A stretch of 64,000 bases of DNA from Olavius algarvensis Delta 4 endosymbiont (GCA_905176665.1 CAJINA010000259.1:24363-88362), one strand, 5' to 3'. Positions 29,065 to 40,058 are shown, counted from the stretch's first letter. Translations and numbers: made by a program. Notes: generated by a model not told the origin, from the sequence alone.

Positions 29065-30486
29065 GTCGTCGTGCCCCACCTGGTGGATCTTAATCATATT
29101 CGTCGACCCGCTTTTCAGCGCCAAACCAATAATGATCACCACCAGGTCGTCTGTCTTCAAAACACCCTTGCCCACCAGCAGACGCTCAGCGGCATTCATG
29201 AGTTTCTGGGTGTTCTCGATTTTGGATATCAGGGTGGGAGCGAGTCCCCAGACGAGGGATAGTCGGTTATAAACCTTCACGTGCGGGGTAAAGGCGTAAA
29301 CCCGGCGTGAAGGACGATGCTTGGATATGTATTTTGAGGTCGATCCGGATACCGAGAAGGCAATAATCGCCTTGGCGCCAACCTCGCTGAGCATCTGCAC
29401 CGCGGATTGGGCCACGGCCTGGGTTACGATATTGTCATGGTCCTTTTGGTGCATGATGTTGGTGCGTAAAAACTGTGACTGTTCCACCTGGACGGCAATT
29501 TTACTCATCATTTTAACAGCCTCTACCGGATATAGACCGGAGGCGGTCTCACCGGAAAGCATGACCGCATCGGTCCCGTCCATGATGGCGTTGGCTACGT
29601 CCGAGGCCTCGGCCCGCGTGGGAATGGGGTTCTGGTGCATGGATTCGAGCATCTGGGTAGCCGTGATCACCGGTTTGTTGGCATCAATCGCCTTCTGGAT
29701 AATCATCTTCTGGATGGTGGGTACCTTTTCATACTGCATCTCGACCCCCAGGTCACCGCGGGCCACCATGACCGCATCGGTGGCTTCCAGAATGGCATCG
29801 ATGTTGTCCACCGCCTCCGGTTTCTCGATTTTGGCTACCACGGGTATATCCGACCCCATGCGGGTAATGATTCTTTTGATATCCTGAAGGTCTTCCGCCT
29901 GCCGTACAAAAGAGAGCGCAACGTAGTCCACCTCGTTCTGGATACCGAAGCGCAGATCCTTTTTGTCTTTTTCGGTAAGTGAGGGTGCCGACACCTGGAC
30001 TCCGGGAAGATTGATCCCCTTGTTTTCCTTCAATGTGCCGCCGACCCGCACTTTGCAGGTGACGGTCTCCGCCGAGCTTTCCAGGACCTTCAATTCGATC
30101 AAGCCGTCATCGATCAGGATCTTGTCGCCCTCTTCAACATCTCCCGGCAAGTTTTTATAGGTGGTCGCCACCATGTCACGGGTGCCGACCATCTGCTGCG
30201 CGGTGATTTTAAAGATATCATTTTTCTTCAATTCAACCGGTGTCCCATTTTCCAGCTTTCCGGTCCTGACCTTGGGGCCCTGGAGGTCCAGCAGAATCCC
30301 CACCGGCTGGTTCATGCTTCGCGAAAGAGACCGGATCAACTTGAGGACGTCCCCGTGCTGCTCGTAACTGCCATGGGAAAAATTCAGGCGCACCATGTTG
30401 ACGCCGGCCCGGATCAGTTTTTCCAGGGTTTCGCGGTTGTTGGAGGCCGGGCCGATGGTGGCAATAATCTTGGCTTGGGTTCTCAT
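29062..30486 (-). CDS. pyk: pyruvate kinase
   Basis: The preferred start is MRTQAKIIATIGPAS at 30486, and MVARGDLGVE is present. The ORF track extends to 30588. Confidence 0.95.
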   Translation of the reverse strand: MRTQAKIIATIGPASNNRETLEKLIRAGVNMVRLNFSHGSYEQHGDVLKLIRSLSRSMNQPVGILLDLQGPKVRTGKLENGTPVELKKNDIFKITAQQMVGTRDMVATTYKNLPGDVEEGDKILIDDGLIELKVLESSAETVTCKVRVGGTLKENKGINLPGVQVSAPSLTEKDKKDLRFGIQNEVDYVALSFVRQAEDLQDIKRIITRMGSDIPVVAKIEKPEAVDNIDAILEATDAVMVARGDLGVEMQYEKVPTIQKMIIQKAIDANKPVITATQMLESMHQNPIPTRAEASDVANAIMDGTDAVMLSGETASGLYPVEAVKMMSKIAVQVEQSQFLRTNIMHQKDHDNIVTQAVAQSAVQMLSEVGAKAIIAFSVSGSTSKYISKHRPSRRVYAFTPHVKVYNRLSLVWGLAPTLISKIENTQKLMNAAERLLVGKGVLKTDDLVVIIIGLALKSGSTNMIKIHQVGHDD

Positions 30487-30640
30487 GGTCTTTCTCCATA
30501 GCAGGCCGGCGGCTCCAGGGCAGCCGGCCGGGATAACGGGTCGTTTAACGCTTTCGGCATCAGTCCTTACCAGGCGATTCAACGTCAAGCTGCTGCACAG
30601 ATAGATTTAAGTGAATCGCCGGGCCGATAATATCACCCAC

Positions 30641-32089
30641 TTACGGGCAGATGGAAAGGATCGCCTCCTCCAGCACAAACCGGGGAGCCAGGGATGTAGA
30701 TTTAAGCCGCAGATCCGCTTTTTCGAGAAGTTCCAGGAAACTTAAAAGCTCAGGCATAGAGAAGCGTTCGGCTTTGTTAAACAATTGAAATACAGGGTAC
30801 GGGTTTTTAGGATTTCTGGCAATAAGAAGATCACCGGCTGTTTTAGCCGCTTTCTTCTTGGGGCCGCTCTTCTTGGAACCGCCCGCCGAAAGGGCGGCCT
30901 CCCAGCTGGAAACCTGTGACTTCAGGCGCTGGTCGTAATCTACAATGGCCGGTATGACCTGATCCCGGAAATAGGTGTAGTGGCAGCCCCGTTGCCAGAC
31001 ACTGCCAAGGTGGCTTTGCGTAAAACCTTTGATGTGGATCAGTTTTCTGATCTGGTTTACCATTGCAGCCAGCATTTGCAGCGGATACAGGTTTTCGGCC
31101 AACAGGGAATTCAAGAATTGGAGCGCCGCTGCCCGGTCACGATCGGTGAGCGCATTGGTAAAATTGTAAATGGGATCCTGGCGCGTCTTACGGACCACCT
31201 GGCGAACATCTTCGGCCTCGATGGTGTCCCGCTCCCCGATATAACTGGCCAGCTGCTTGACGCTGTTGGTGATCGCGCGCAGGTTGAAACCAGCCAATTC
31301 CCCCAGCAGGGCCCTGGCATCGGGTGCCATTTTCTTGCGGCAGGACTTGAGCACCTGCGCAAGCTGCTCGTTCAGCACGGCGGCCTGGGCGGTGCGGTCC
31401 GCTTTGCGATCTCCCTTGGGTACCGCGCAGTCGATCACCACGCCTTTATCGGCAATGGTCTTATAGAGGTTGCGCCGCCGATCGACGATATCGGTGGTCA
31501 CCATCAGGTATTGCCGGTCGGGAAACCCCTTGGCAATGGATGCTTGCAGGATATCCGCTTCACTGCTGTCCGCCGGCACGGATAAATTCTGATCCCGGCA
31601 GTAGTCCAGCAACGCCGTCAGCCAGACATCATCGCGGCGCTGTTCGTCTGTCAATTTGAGGGCCGCCCCCCGCAGCTCAGGTGTTACCTCATCGAAGGTG
31701 AGATTCAACAGGGCCATGGTTTTCAAAAGAGCCTGCGCGGCTTTGCGCATTTCGTTGCGCTTGTAGGCTGTCCGGGCCCGCTCGAGAATTGCCGTCGTGT
31801 CAGCCTTGGAATAAAAGACCTGGGCATCCAGCAGCGCCACGACTTTGGGCTCGGCCATCAGAGAAAACGTGTTCACTTTCTCCAGAGCGGCTGCAACCGA
31901 CCCGGGCCCACCGTCCACCGGGTCATAATTGAGTTTGCGGGCGTCACCGGGCAGCAGTGCGGTCAACAGCGTTTCCAGTGCCGTTTTCACCAGAAGTTCC
32001 TCACCGTGAATCAGGAAAGCGCCGGGCGCTTCATCAGCGGTGATAGCCTTCAGACGCTTGTTTAACTCCTTATGTTTTATGACAGACAT
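30641..32089 (-). CDS. holA: DNA polymerase III delta subunit-like protein (long form)
   Basis: The N-terminus has APGAFLIHGEELLVKTALETLL. The C-terminal region has FTNALTDRDRAAALQFLNSLLAENLYPLQMLAAMVNQIRKL. The preferred start is MSVIKHKEL at 32089. Confidence 0.6.
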   Translation of the reverse strand: MSVIKHKELNKRLKAITADEAPGAFLIHGEELLVKTALETLLTALLPGDARKLNYDPVDGGPGSVAAALEKVNTFSLMAEPKVVALLDAQVFYSKADTTAILERARTAYKRNEMRKAAQALLKTMALLNLTFDEVTPELRGAALKLTDEQRRDDVWLTALLDYCRDQNLSVPADSSEADILQASIAKGFPDRQYLMVTTDIVDRRRNLYKTIADKGVVIDCAVPKGDRKADRTAQAAVLNEQLAQVLKSCRKKMAPDARALLGELAGFNLRAITNSVKQLASYIGERDTIEAEDVRQVVRKTRQDPIYNFTNALTDRDRAAALQFLNSLLAENLYPLQMLAAMVNQIRKLIHIKGFTQSHLGSVWQRGCHYTYFRDQVIPAIVDYDQRLKSQVSSWEAALSAGGSKKSGPKKKAAKTAGDLLIARNPKNPYPVFQLFNKAERFSMPELLSFLELLEKADLRLKSTSLAPRFVLEEAILSICP

Positions 32090-32573
32090 AATGTTGCCAG
32101 TGTTTTTACGTTGCCGTTGCCTGATATTGAATGCTCCCGTTACAGGCTGCCGGGGATCGTCTCCCGTCAGGAATTTTTCTATTCTAGATTCGCGTGCTAA
32201 TCGGTTCAAACGAGCCCGGCTGTCCATTGGACGGGTGGGCGAATTTCTATTCCGTCTACAAAAACCTGGGCCTCAGAGCCAGGCCAGAGCCGCTTGGCCC
32301 TCCCGCACAAAATCGTAACAGTGCTCAGGTATAAAGATTAACGGCTGAAGACTGAAGGAGAACGTGCTAAAAGCGCCATAAAACCAGGGCTCGGTCGCTT
32401 CATTGCCGACCTTGTTTTCAGTACCATCAATTCGACCAGATTGGTTTTAAGGTTTTTCTTCAGCCTTCAGTCTTGGAACTAACCCCCTGAATCCGGTCCG
32501 GCTATAAATTCGTTTTCCGGGTGCTTGCCCCTTCAAGGCACAAGCCAAGACTTGGTCCTTTGGCCAGGATTCT

Positions 32574-33344
32574 TTACTCGGGCACGGCGCTGGACCGACT
32601 CGTGCGGACAAGCATGACCAGGGCCACCGCCATGCCCAGCAACCCCAGGGTTTGCGAAATCGACAGCAGGCCGAAGACTTCGGCCCCCCTGAAATCCCCC
32701 CGCAAGGTTTCGATGATAGAACGCGTCAAGCCGTAGAGCAATACATATGTCCAGAAAACCCGGCCGGTAACTTGGTTGCGACGGGAGATAAGAAACAGCA
32801 CAGCAAAGATCGTGAAGTTGGTCAGCGCGGAATAGAGCTGCGTGGGATGCAGGGGGCTGTCTACCGGCGCCAGGCAGTTGCGGTCGGTGAACGTCACTGA
32901 CCAGAATACATCCGTTGTCCGCCCGTAGCAGCAGCCGGCCAAAAAGCAGCCCAGGCGCCCGATGGCCTGTCCCAGCGCCAATGAGGGCGCCAGGATATCG
33001 GCGGTCTTCCACAGGGGCAGCCCGGCCAGTTTGATATAGGCCGCGGCAGTCACCCCGGCACCAATAAAACCACCGTAAAAGACCAGCCCGCCCTGCCATA
33101 TTTTAATAATATCAATCGGGTTGTCGGCAAACGTTTCCCAGGCCGTAACGACATAGAAAAGACGCGAACCGACAATGGCGGCCACGAGGATATAGAAGCT
33201 CAGGTCCATGATCTTTTCCGGATTCTCACCTACTCGGCGGGCTTCCCGCATTGCCAGCACGATCCCCAGGAAGAAGCCCAGGGCGATCATGAACCCGTAA
33301 GAATAAATAGTTAGGTTACCTAATGTAAATAGAACTGGATGCAT
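32574..33344 (-). CDS. lgt: prolipoprotein diacylglyceryl transferase
   Basis: 256 aa with YSYGFMIALGF, GGLVFYGGFIGA and GRLGCFLAGCCYGR. Confidence 0.9.
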   Translation of the reverse strand: MHPVLFTLGNLTIYSYGFMIALGFFLGIVLAMREARRVGENPEKIMDLSFYILVAAIVGSRLFYVVTAWETFADNPIDIIKIWQGGLVFYGGFIGAGVTAAAYIKLAGLPLWKTADILAPSLALGQAIGRLGCFLAGCCYGRTTDVFWSVTFTDRNCLAPVDSPLHPTQLYSALTNFTIFAVLFLISRRNQVTGRVFWTYVLLYGLTRSIIETLRGDFRGAEVFGLLSISQTLGLLGMAVALVMLVRTSRSSAVPE

Positions 33345-33563
33345 GCGTTACGTCCGATGTATAGGGCACTTTAAAAATTTGGGTCCGAGGGGCCAAGGGA
33401 AAACCGATATTGAAAAGACAACAATCATTGAAAAAAGTGTCGTCCTCTCAAATCTCATCCGAATAGAGACAAAAGCCGTTAGAACCTGCGAAGCAGGATC
33501 AGTTGAACTCCTGGTCCCTTGCACGAAGTGAAGCGAACGCGCTATCCTCGCCCCCTTGGTTTG

Positions 33564-34058
33564 TCATTCCGGCAGCTTGCGAAACACCAGATGTACCAGG
33601 AATATGGTGACCCCTACCACAATGGCGCTGTCGGCCACGTTGAAAGCCGGCCAGTGCAGGTTCCCGATGTAGAAATCCAGGAAATCGACGACCTTGCCAA
33701 ATCGCAGCCGGTCGATCAGATTGCCGATCGCGCCGCCGAATATCAAGGCCAGGCCGGATGCCAGGACTGGATGGGATCTGGGTATCTGCCGGTAGAAGAT
33801 GAAGATCAGCCCGATCGCCACGGTGGAGGCAACTAGAAATACAGCCACCCTGACGGCTGAATCCTGCTGGGCCAGAAAACCGAAAGCCCCGCCCGGGTTA
33901 TGGATATGGGTCAGGCTGAAAAACCCGGGGATAATATTGATCGACTCATACAGGGCCATTTCAGCCAGCACGACCGCCTTGGTAATCTGGTCGGCGATCA
34001 CAATAGTACCCGCAATGAGCAGCAGGCGGCCGTATTTATTATTCCAGAATTCGCGCAT
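33564..34058 (-). CDS. lspA: lipoprotein signal peptidase II
   Basis: 164 aa with NPGGAFG, GNLIDR and FNVADSAI motifs. It lies downstream of ileS. Confidence 0.9.
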   Translation of the reverse strand: MREFWNNKYGRLLLIAGTIVIADQITKAVVLAEMALYESINIIPGFFSLTHIHNPGGAFGFLAQQDSAVRVAVFLVASTVAIGLIFIFYRQIPRSHPVLASGLALIFGGAIGNLIDRLRFGKVVDFLDFYIGNLHWPAFNVADSAIVVGVTIFLVHLVFRKLPE

Positions 34059-34260
34059 ATGACTCGGCAGAACGGTACGGTAATTTTATCTTTGGTTTAT
34101 CATGGGGCATCAAGATTCTATAATTCGAGGGCACCAGGCTTACGCGCGAACCAAGAAACCTTGGCGCCCTCCGGGCATGGCATCTGGTAATGCGCGGTCT
34201 CGGCGCAAGCAACGGTTTCCGGTTTTTTCCCGCGCAGCAGGCCCCGCAACCCCTCGGCCT

Positions 34261-37056
34261 TTATGCCATATCGGCCAAAGCAGCCATGCATTTGGGACAG
34301 ATTGTCGGATGTTCCTGACTTTCGCCAACAGCCGCGTCACTGATCCAGCAGCGTGCACATTTGTCCCCTGCGGCCGGTCCTACGCTGACCTGTAATTCCG
34401 GAACCTCTTCACTGTTGAACACCTCACCCTCGAGATCGCCGTCGGCAAGTCCGGCCTGAGAAACGATCAACAGAGTGGCCAGTTTGTCGCTGAACGGTTC
34501 CAGGGCCGTTGTTAATTCCGGGGCGGCCTTGATAGTCACCGCGGCGTCCAGGCTATGCCCGATTCGTTTCGCGGCCCGGGCTTCTTCCAGGGCCTTGGTG
34601 ACTTCACCGCGCACCTTCAGAAGCTGTGACCAGCGCTCAGCCAGTTCATCGTCGATGTGGGCGGGTTCCACGGTGGGCAGTTGGCCCAGGTGGATGCTCT
34701 CGGGTTTTCCTTCCCGCGCCGGCATGTATTTCCAGACCTCTTCCGAGGTAAACGGTAAAATGGGTGCCATCAGACGGGCCAGGGCATCCACCAGGATATG
34801 CAGGACAGTCTGCGCACTGCGCCGGGCCGGCGAAGCCGTCGGCGAGGTATAGAGCCGGTCTTTCAGGATGTCCAGGTAGAAGGAGGACATATCAACAATA
34901 CAGAAATTGTAGAGCGAGTGGTAGATTGTGTGGAACTCATAACTCTCGTATGCTTTGAGGTTCTTCTCCACCAAACGCTGCAATCGGTGCAGGGCATAGC
35001 GGTCCAGCTCCGGCATGTCACTGTAAGGCACCGCATCGGTATCCGGGTTGAAATCAAACAGGTTGCCCAGCATGAAACGACTGGTGTTCCGAATACGCCG
35101 GTATGCGTCGCTGAGCTGTTTTAAAATCGAGTCGGATATCCGGATATCTTCCCGGTAATCCGAAGCCGACACCCACAGTCTGAGAATTTCCGCTCCAAAT
35201 CTATTGATCACCTGCTTGGGGGCAATCACGTTTCCGATGGATTTGGACATTTTCTTGCCATCGGCATCCACCACGAAACCGTGGGTAAGGACCGCGCGAT
35301 AGGGGGCGGCATCCCGGTTACCGACCGCCGTCAACAGGGCCGAGTGGAACCAGCCGCGGTGCTGGTCACTGCCCTCCAGATAGAGATCGGCCGGCCACTC
35401 CAGCCGCTCGCGGGGATCGAGAACCGCGGTATGGCTGACACCGGAATCGAACCAGACATCCAGAATGTCGGTCTCTTTGCGGAAACCGTCATGTCCGCAC
35501 GTGGTGCAGGTCTCTGGACCGGGCAACAGTTCGGCTACATCTTTTTCAAACCAGATATCGGCACCGTGCTCGGAAAACAGATTGAAAATATGATCCAGAA
35601 TCTCGGGGGTCATGTGCAGCGCCTCGCATTTTTCGCACACAAATACCGCGATGGGCACGCCCCAGGACCGCTGCCGGGAAACGCACCAGTCCGGCCGGTT
35701 CTCGATCATGCCGTAAATGCGATCACGTCCCCAGTGCGGCACCCACTGTACCCGGTCGATCTCCTCCAGGGACCGCTGACGCAGACCGGTTTTTTCCATG
35801 GAAATAAACCATTGCGGTGTGGCCCTGAAAATCACCGGTTTCTTGCAGCGCCAGCAGTGCGGATAGGAATGCGCCATCTCTTCGGTCGCCAGCAGGGTAC
35901 CGTTTTGCTCCAATTTCTCAATGATACCGCTATTGGCCTTGAAGACGAACTGGCCGCTGACGAACCCGGCTTCCTCGGTGAATACCCCTTTGTCATTGAC
36001 TGGGGAATACGCTTCCAGCCCGTACTTGAGCCCCACATCGTAGTCCTCACGGCCATGGCCCGGAGCGGTATGCACACATCCGGTACCGGCATCCAGAGTG
36101 ACGTGGTCCCCAAGAATCACCAGCGATTCCCGGTCTATCCACGGGTGGCTGCATTTCAGGTTTTCCAGTGCTCCGGCCTCTATTTCGGCCACCACGTTAT
36201 AATCGGCGATGCCGAAATTACGCATGCAGTCCGCCACCAGGTCGCGGGCCAGGATGAGAATTTCAGCACCGGTATCCACCGCGGCGTAGATGAATTCCGG
36301 ATGGAGGGCAATTGCCAGATTGGCGGGCAGCGTCCAGGGCGTGGTGGTCCAGATGACGATAGCTGCCGGCCGACCGGCAAGTTCCGCGGCCACGGAGCCC
36401 AAGTCGTCCCGGCAGGGAAACTTCACAAAGATGGAGGGCGACGATTCATCGGCATATTCGATTTCTGCCTCGGCCAGGGCGGTCTGGCAGCTGCAGCACC
36501 AGTGAATCGGTTTTTTGCTGCGGTAGAGCCCCCCATTCAAAGCAAATTTTCCGCATTCACGGGCAATAATGGCTTCGTATTCATATTTCATCGTGAGGTA
36601 CGGATCTTCCCACTCCCCCATGCCGCCCAGACGCTTAAACTCATCCCGCTGGATGTCGATGTACTTTTCGGCATATGCCCGGCATTTTTTTCGGACCTGC
36701 GATTGGGTCATGTCGGCCTTGGCTTTGCCCAGCTCCTTGTCGACATTGTGCTCGATGGGCAACCCATGGCAGTCCCATCCCGGCACATAGACCGAATCAA
36801 AACCAGCCATCTGCTTGGAACGGACGATAACGTCCTTGAGTATTTTATTCAGGGCGGTACCAATATGAATATGGCCGTTTGCGTAGGGAGGGCCGTCGTG
36901 CAGTATGAATTTTGGCCGGCCTTCCATTTGCTTGTAGATTTGGCCATATAGCCCGCTTTGCTCCCAATCCTTGAGCTGCTGGGGTTCTTTTTGAGCAAGA
37001 CTCGCCTTCATCGGGAATTTGGTCTTGGGCAGGTTGAGAGTCTTTTTGTAATCCAT
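34261..37056 (-). CDS. ileS: isoleucyl-tRNA synthetase
   Basis: The preferred start is [18 protein letters not shown] at 37056. A HIGH-type motif ([12 protein letters not shown]), KMSKS and a C-terminal Cys cluster are present. The ORF track extends to 37152. Confidence 0.95.
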   Translation of the reverse strand: MDYKKTLNLPKTKFPMKASLAQKEPQQLKDWEQSGLYGQIYKQMEGRPKFILHDGPPYANGHIHIGTALNKILKDVIVRSKQMAGFDSVYVPGWDCHGLPIEHNVDKELGKAKADMTQSQVRKKCRAYAEKYIDIQRDEFKRLGGMGEWEDPYLTMKYEYEAIIARECGKFALNGGLYRSKKPIHWCCSCQTALAEAEIEYADESSPSIFVKFPCRDDLGSVAAELAGRPAAIVIWTTTPWTLPANLAIALHPEFIYAAVDTGAEILILARDLVADCMRNFGIADYNVVAEIEAGALENLKCSHPWIDRESLVILGDHVTLDAGTGCVHTAPGHGREDYDVGLKYGLEAYSPVNDKGVFTEEAGFVSGQFVFKANSGIIEKLEQNGTLLATEEMAHSYPHCWRCKKPVIFRATPQWFISMEKTGLRQRSLEEIDRVQWVPHWGRDRIYGMIENRPDWCVSRQRSWGVPIAVFVCEKCEALHMTPEILDHIFNLFSEHGADIWFEKDVAELLPGPETCTTCGHDGFRKETDILDVWFDSGVSHTAVLDPRERLEWPADLYLEGSDQHRGWFHSALLTAVGNRDAAPYRAVLTHGFVVDADGKKMSKSIGNVIAPKQVINRFGAEILRLWVSASDYREDIRISDSILKQLSDAYRRIRNTSRFMLGNLFDFNPDTDAVPYSDMPELDRYALHRLQRLVEKNLKAYESYEFHTIYHSLYNFCIVDMSSFYLDILKDRLYTSPTASPARRSAQTVLHILVDALARLMAPILPFTSEEVWKYMPAREGKPESIHLGQLPTVEPAHIDDELAERWSQLLKVRGEVTKALEEARAAKRIGHSLDAAVTIKAAPELTTALEPFSDKLATLLIVSQAGLADGDLEGEVFNSEEVPELQVSVGPAAGDKCARCWISDAAVGESQEHPTICPKCMAALADMA

Positions 37057-37440
37057 TTCTCCTCCAAGAATCAATTTTCGGATCGCGGTTAAACTTTTCT
37101 GATTACTGCCAATTCCATGATCTGTCAAGCGATATTGGGACATGTAAAGCATGAGATCGGAGATCTGACGTCGGACGTCAGAAGGCTTCCGAGGGGGGTT
37201 GATGTAAGAAAACGCGGGGTCCTCTGTTTCTGTGATTCAAAGGCTAAAAAATGAAAAAGCAGAACCGGGATCCAACAAGGCAGGTTCAAAGATTCTGGGT
37301 TCATGGGTTCAAAGGTTAGCTGCCCAAAGTCGTCAACCAAAGCGTTTTAATCCTGAACCGGCAACCTCGAACGGGCAACCGACCTGGAGATCCGATGCAT
37401 CTGCCTTGTAAAGTACCCGCGCCTGAGATACATTTCCCCC

Positions 37441-38136
37441 ATGGACATCCTCAAATGCTATAGAACCCTGGGACTGCCCCCGGATGCCACCGGCGAGGAG
37501 ACCAAGCGTGCCTATCGGAAACTGGTGAATCATTGGCATCCGGACCGTTTCGCTCGGGATGACGCCTTGCACCAACTGGCGGAAGAACAGGTGAAACTGC
37601 TGAATGTTGCCTATGCGGAAGTTCAAAAGCACCAGTCCACCCGTCCGCGCCGCTACCGGGCCCCTCGCGCATCGGTCCCCCGGCCCGGCGCTTCGAGACG
37701 GGTCGCGCCGGGCTTGCAGCCATCACGATCGCGACCGCCGGCAGCAGGCCGCGTACCGGCCGTACTAAACCGATTGACTAGAAAATTCAGACAGGTGCTC
37801 TCCGACTGGGTGGTTGCACCGCAAAGACCAGGTCGGGCCAGGAAACCTGCCGGGCGGCCGACCGCGCCGCACCTTGCTCGCGGCAAGCACGGAAAGATGC
37901 GTACCGGGCGCGGTAAAAACTTCGATCAAATTTTCAACGAAGTTGCCGGCCCGGATGCCGCTTTCATTAAAAAGACCGCGGCTCGCAAGAAACACAGTCT
38001 CCGGAAAGCCGCTGCCTCCAGAAGGACAACCGCGGGCTCTGTCAAACCATCTGCACGGGGAAAGCAAGACGAATATTCCACTGTGATTACCCCGGTCGCA
38101 CGGATAAGACGGGTTGGAAAGATCCACCGCGTCTGA
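37441..38136 (+). CDS. J-domain (DnaJ-like) protein with Arg/Pro-rich low-complexity C-terminus
   Basis: 231 aa. The J-domain reads DILKCYRTLGLPPDATGEETKRAYRKLVNHWHPDRF and includes the HPD tripeptide. Confidence 0.75.
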   Translation: MDILKCYRTLGLPPDATGEETKRAYRKLVNHWHPDRFARDDALHQLAEEQVKLLNVAYAEVQKHQSTRPRRYRAPRASVPRPGASRRVAPGLQPSRSRPPAAGRVPAVLNRLTRKFRQVLSDWVVAPQRPGRARKPAGRPTAPHLARGKHGKMRTGRGKNFDQIFNEVAGPDAAFIKKTAARKKHSLRKAAASRRTTAGSVKPSARGKQDEYSTVITPVARIRRVGKIHRV

Positions 38137-38245
38137 ACCCTTTCTGATATCCCGAATTTTAAGATCGCATCTTGACACGCGTATGGTGACCCCATACTAT
38201 TCCAGAGATATCTTGTAGTTGAATCGGACCGGGCGAGGGAATTCA

Positions 38246-39316
38246 ATGATCGAGGTTGATGCGGCAGGCATTACAGATGTCGGCAAGATGCGTAAAGCAA
38301 ACGAAGATTCCTACTACATGGATGAGGATCTTCAGATTTACGTCGTCGCAGACGGCATGGGCGGCCACAAAGCCGGCGAAGTTGCCAGTCGCATTGTGGT
38401 TGAAACCATCCAGGACAAGATGAACCAGGAACCGTCCAATACGGACGGTGCAAGCCTCATCTCCCTTGAGCAGGAACTTTCCCCGGAAGCCACCCGGATC
38501 TTATCCGGCATCCATCTGGCCAACCAGGCCGTTTTTACCCTCTCTGAAAGCAATAAAGACTACAAGGGCATGGGATCGACTGTGTCAGCGGTCCTGTTGG
38601 CCGGTACCCGCATTATAGCCGCCAATGTCGGCGATAGCCCGATATGCCTCATTCGCAACAAAGCAATCGAAGAGATATACACCCCCCACACGTATATGGC
38701 CGAGCATGCCAAACTGGCGCCCAAAGGCGCCAAGCCGCTGGGCGAGCAATACGCACACATGATTACCCGAGCCGTCGGGCTCAAAGGAGCTGTTCAACCG
38801 GACCTTTGTGAGATAGAGGGGCTGCAGGGAGACCTGCTGATTATCTGCTCGGACGGGCTCAGTGACCTGCTGAAACCTGAAGAGATACAGAAGGTTGCCA
38901 CTAAATACCAACCCGAAAAGGCGGTAAAAGCCCTGGTCGCGCATGCCAATAAGCGGGGGGGACGTGACAACATCACTGTTATCGCTATCCATATTATTGG
39001 CCATCCGAATGTCACCGGCGGCGAACAGGCCGGTTATTCCGGAACGACCGCGCTACCGGTTGACTACGATACGGATGAAGCTTCCCACAGCACCATGATT
39101 TATGGCATCAGCACTGCCGGCGGATTTATCATCACCACCGATGCCTTCGCCATCGGCCAGGAACTGGACCTGACCTTCACCGATCCAAGCAGCGGGGACG
39201 CATTCATGATTTCCGGTACTGTGACGGACAGGAAGGCGGACGGAATTGACATTGAATTTGAGGATCTATCCGACAAACAGGTCGCCAAGCTTAAAAAAAC
39301 GATTCAACATAGTTAA
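38246..39316 (+). CDS. PP2C-family Ser/Thr phosphatase fused to a C-terminal PilZ-like domain
   Basis: PP2C motifs are present (RKANEDSYY, VADGMGGHKAGEVAS, ICSDGLSD, GGRDNITVIAI). The C-terminal ~90 aa (IYGISTAGGFIITTD...GIDIEFEDLSDKQVAKLKKTI) looks PilZ-like. The preferred start is MIEVDAAG at 38246. Confidence 0.8.
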   Translation: MIEVDAAGITDVGKMRKANEDSYYMDEDLQIYVVADGMGGHKAGEVASRIVVETIQDKMNQEPSNTDGASLISLEQELSPEATRILSGIHLANQAVFTLSESNKDYKGMGSTVSAVLLAGTRIIAANVGDSPICLIRNKAIEEIYTPHTYMAEHAKLAPKGAKPLGEQYAHMITRAVGLKGAVQPDLCEIEGLQGDLLIICSDGLSDLLKPEEIQKVATKYQPEKAVKALVAHANKRGGRDNITVIAIHIIGHPNVTGGEQAGYSGTTALPVDYDTDEASHSTMIYGISTAGGFIITTDAFAIGQELDLTFTDPSSGDAFMISGTVTDRKADGIDIEFEDLSDKQVAKLKKTIQHS

Positions 39317-39330
39317 TCAAGGAGGCGCAG

Positions 39331-39597
39331 ATGGACTTTCTCTTCAACACTCAAAACAACATCACCGTTTTTGAGGTGGGGCTTTTGCTGTTGCTGAACA
39401 CCTGCATCCATTTGCTGAACAAACCCAAACTCGGCATGTTGGTCAATCTGGGATTTACACTCTACTGGGGTTTCTTTCTAAATTTCGAAATGCTGTTTGG
39501 AGATTCCAGTACATCTGAATACTCCTTCTTGTTTTTCATGTTTGCCATTTTGATCATTATCTTCACGGTGGTGGGTCTTACCAAAGAAGAGGAGTAA
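39331..39597 (+). CDS. small hydrophobic protein (about 3 TM), unknown function
   Basis: 88 aa. An AAGGAGG ribosome-binding site lies 6 nt upstream of the ATG, and the gene starts 15 nt after the PP2C gene. Confidence 0.55.
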   Translation: MDFLFNTQNNITVFEVGLLLLLNTCIHLLNKPKLGMLVNLGFTLYWGFFLNFEMLFGDSSTSEYSFLFFMFAILIIIFTVVGLTKEEE

Positions 39598-39795
39598 GTT
39601 CGAACTACCGGAAGAACGGAGATCCGGTAGCCGTGCACCGCAAGTTCGCTATACCGGCTAACCAAAACGGCATCGATTGACGTTTCGATGCCGTTCTCTA
39701 TTTCCGGTCCGGATCATTTCCGGATAGATAGACCAATATTCGGTTTTGGGCCTTTGACCTTTGAACACCAAGAACCCTGAGTCCCCTTTTTCCCA

Positions 39796-39874
39796 GAAAA
39801 AGAACCCCGGGGCGGCCATTCCCCGGGGTTATGTCGGTTAAGGGTACGACTCACCCGATAACGCACCCTAAACT
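39796..39874 (-). ncRNA. candidate small RNA (orphan promoter plus strong terminator on the minus strand)
   Basis: The minus strand has TTGAAA (39904-39909), a 17-nt spacer and TATAAG (39881-39886). About 45 nt later comes a 10-bp hairpin AACCCCGGGG/CCCCGGGGTT (39803-39830) followed by CUUUUUC. No family was recognised. Confidence 0.3.
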
Positions 39875-40058
39875 CCTTCCCTTATATAAAAAATCCCAAA
39901 ATATTTCAATACAAATTGAACTGTCGGGCCGTACCCACAGATAAGAGGACCGGGCAAGGCAAGCGCCGGCCGAGGATCGGGAAATTCCGGGGTATGCCCC
40001 TCGATTGCATTTAGATGGCAGCAATTTTTCAATTCTATATGTGGATCAATATTTTATA

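Noticed and set aside
29062-30588. N-terminal extensions in the ORF track for pyk, and likewise for ileS (to 37152), secA (to 19405), holA-like (to 32227), livH (to 27156), the PsrA-like gene (to 61210) and the small membrane protein (from 41016)
   Set aside because: The internal Met codons align with canonical family N-termini and/or follow Shine-Dalgarno sequences. The extensions are unconserved-looking and in some cases would overlap upstream genes.
32347-32475. 11-bp inverted repeat (aagactgaagg / ccttcagtctt) flanking about 105 nt between lgt and the holA-like gene
   Set aside because: It is a single short stem with a very long unstructured interior. I found no second copy in the window and no supporting promoter or terminator signals, so it was noted but not reported as an element.
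35281-36951. 556-aa plus-strand ORF opposite ileS
   Set aside because: It is an antisense shadow ORF of the isoleucyl-tRNA synthetase gene. It has no motifs, its composition is typical of reverse-frame translation, and it has no ribosome-binding site.
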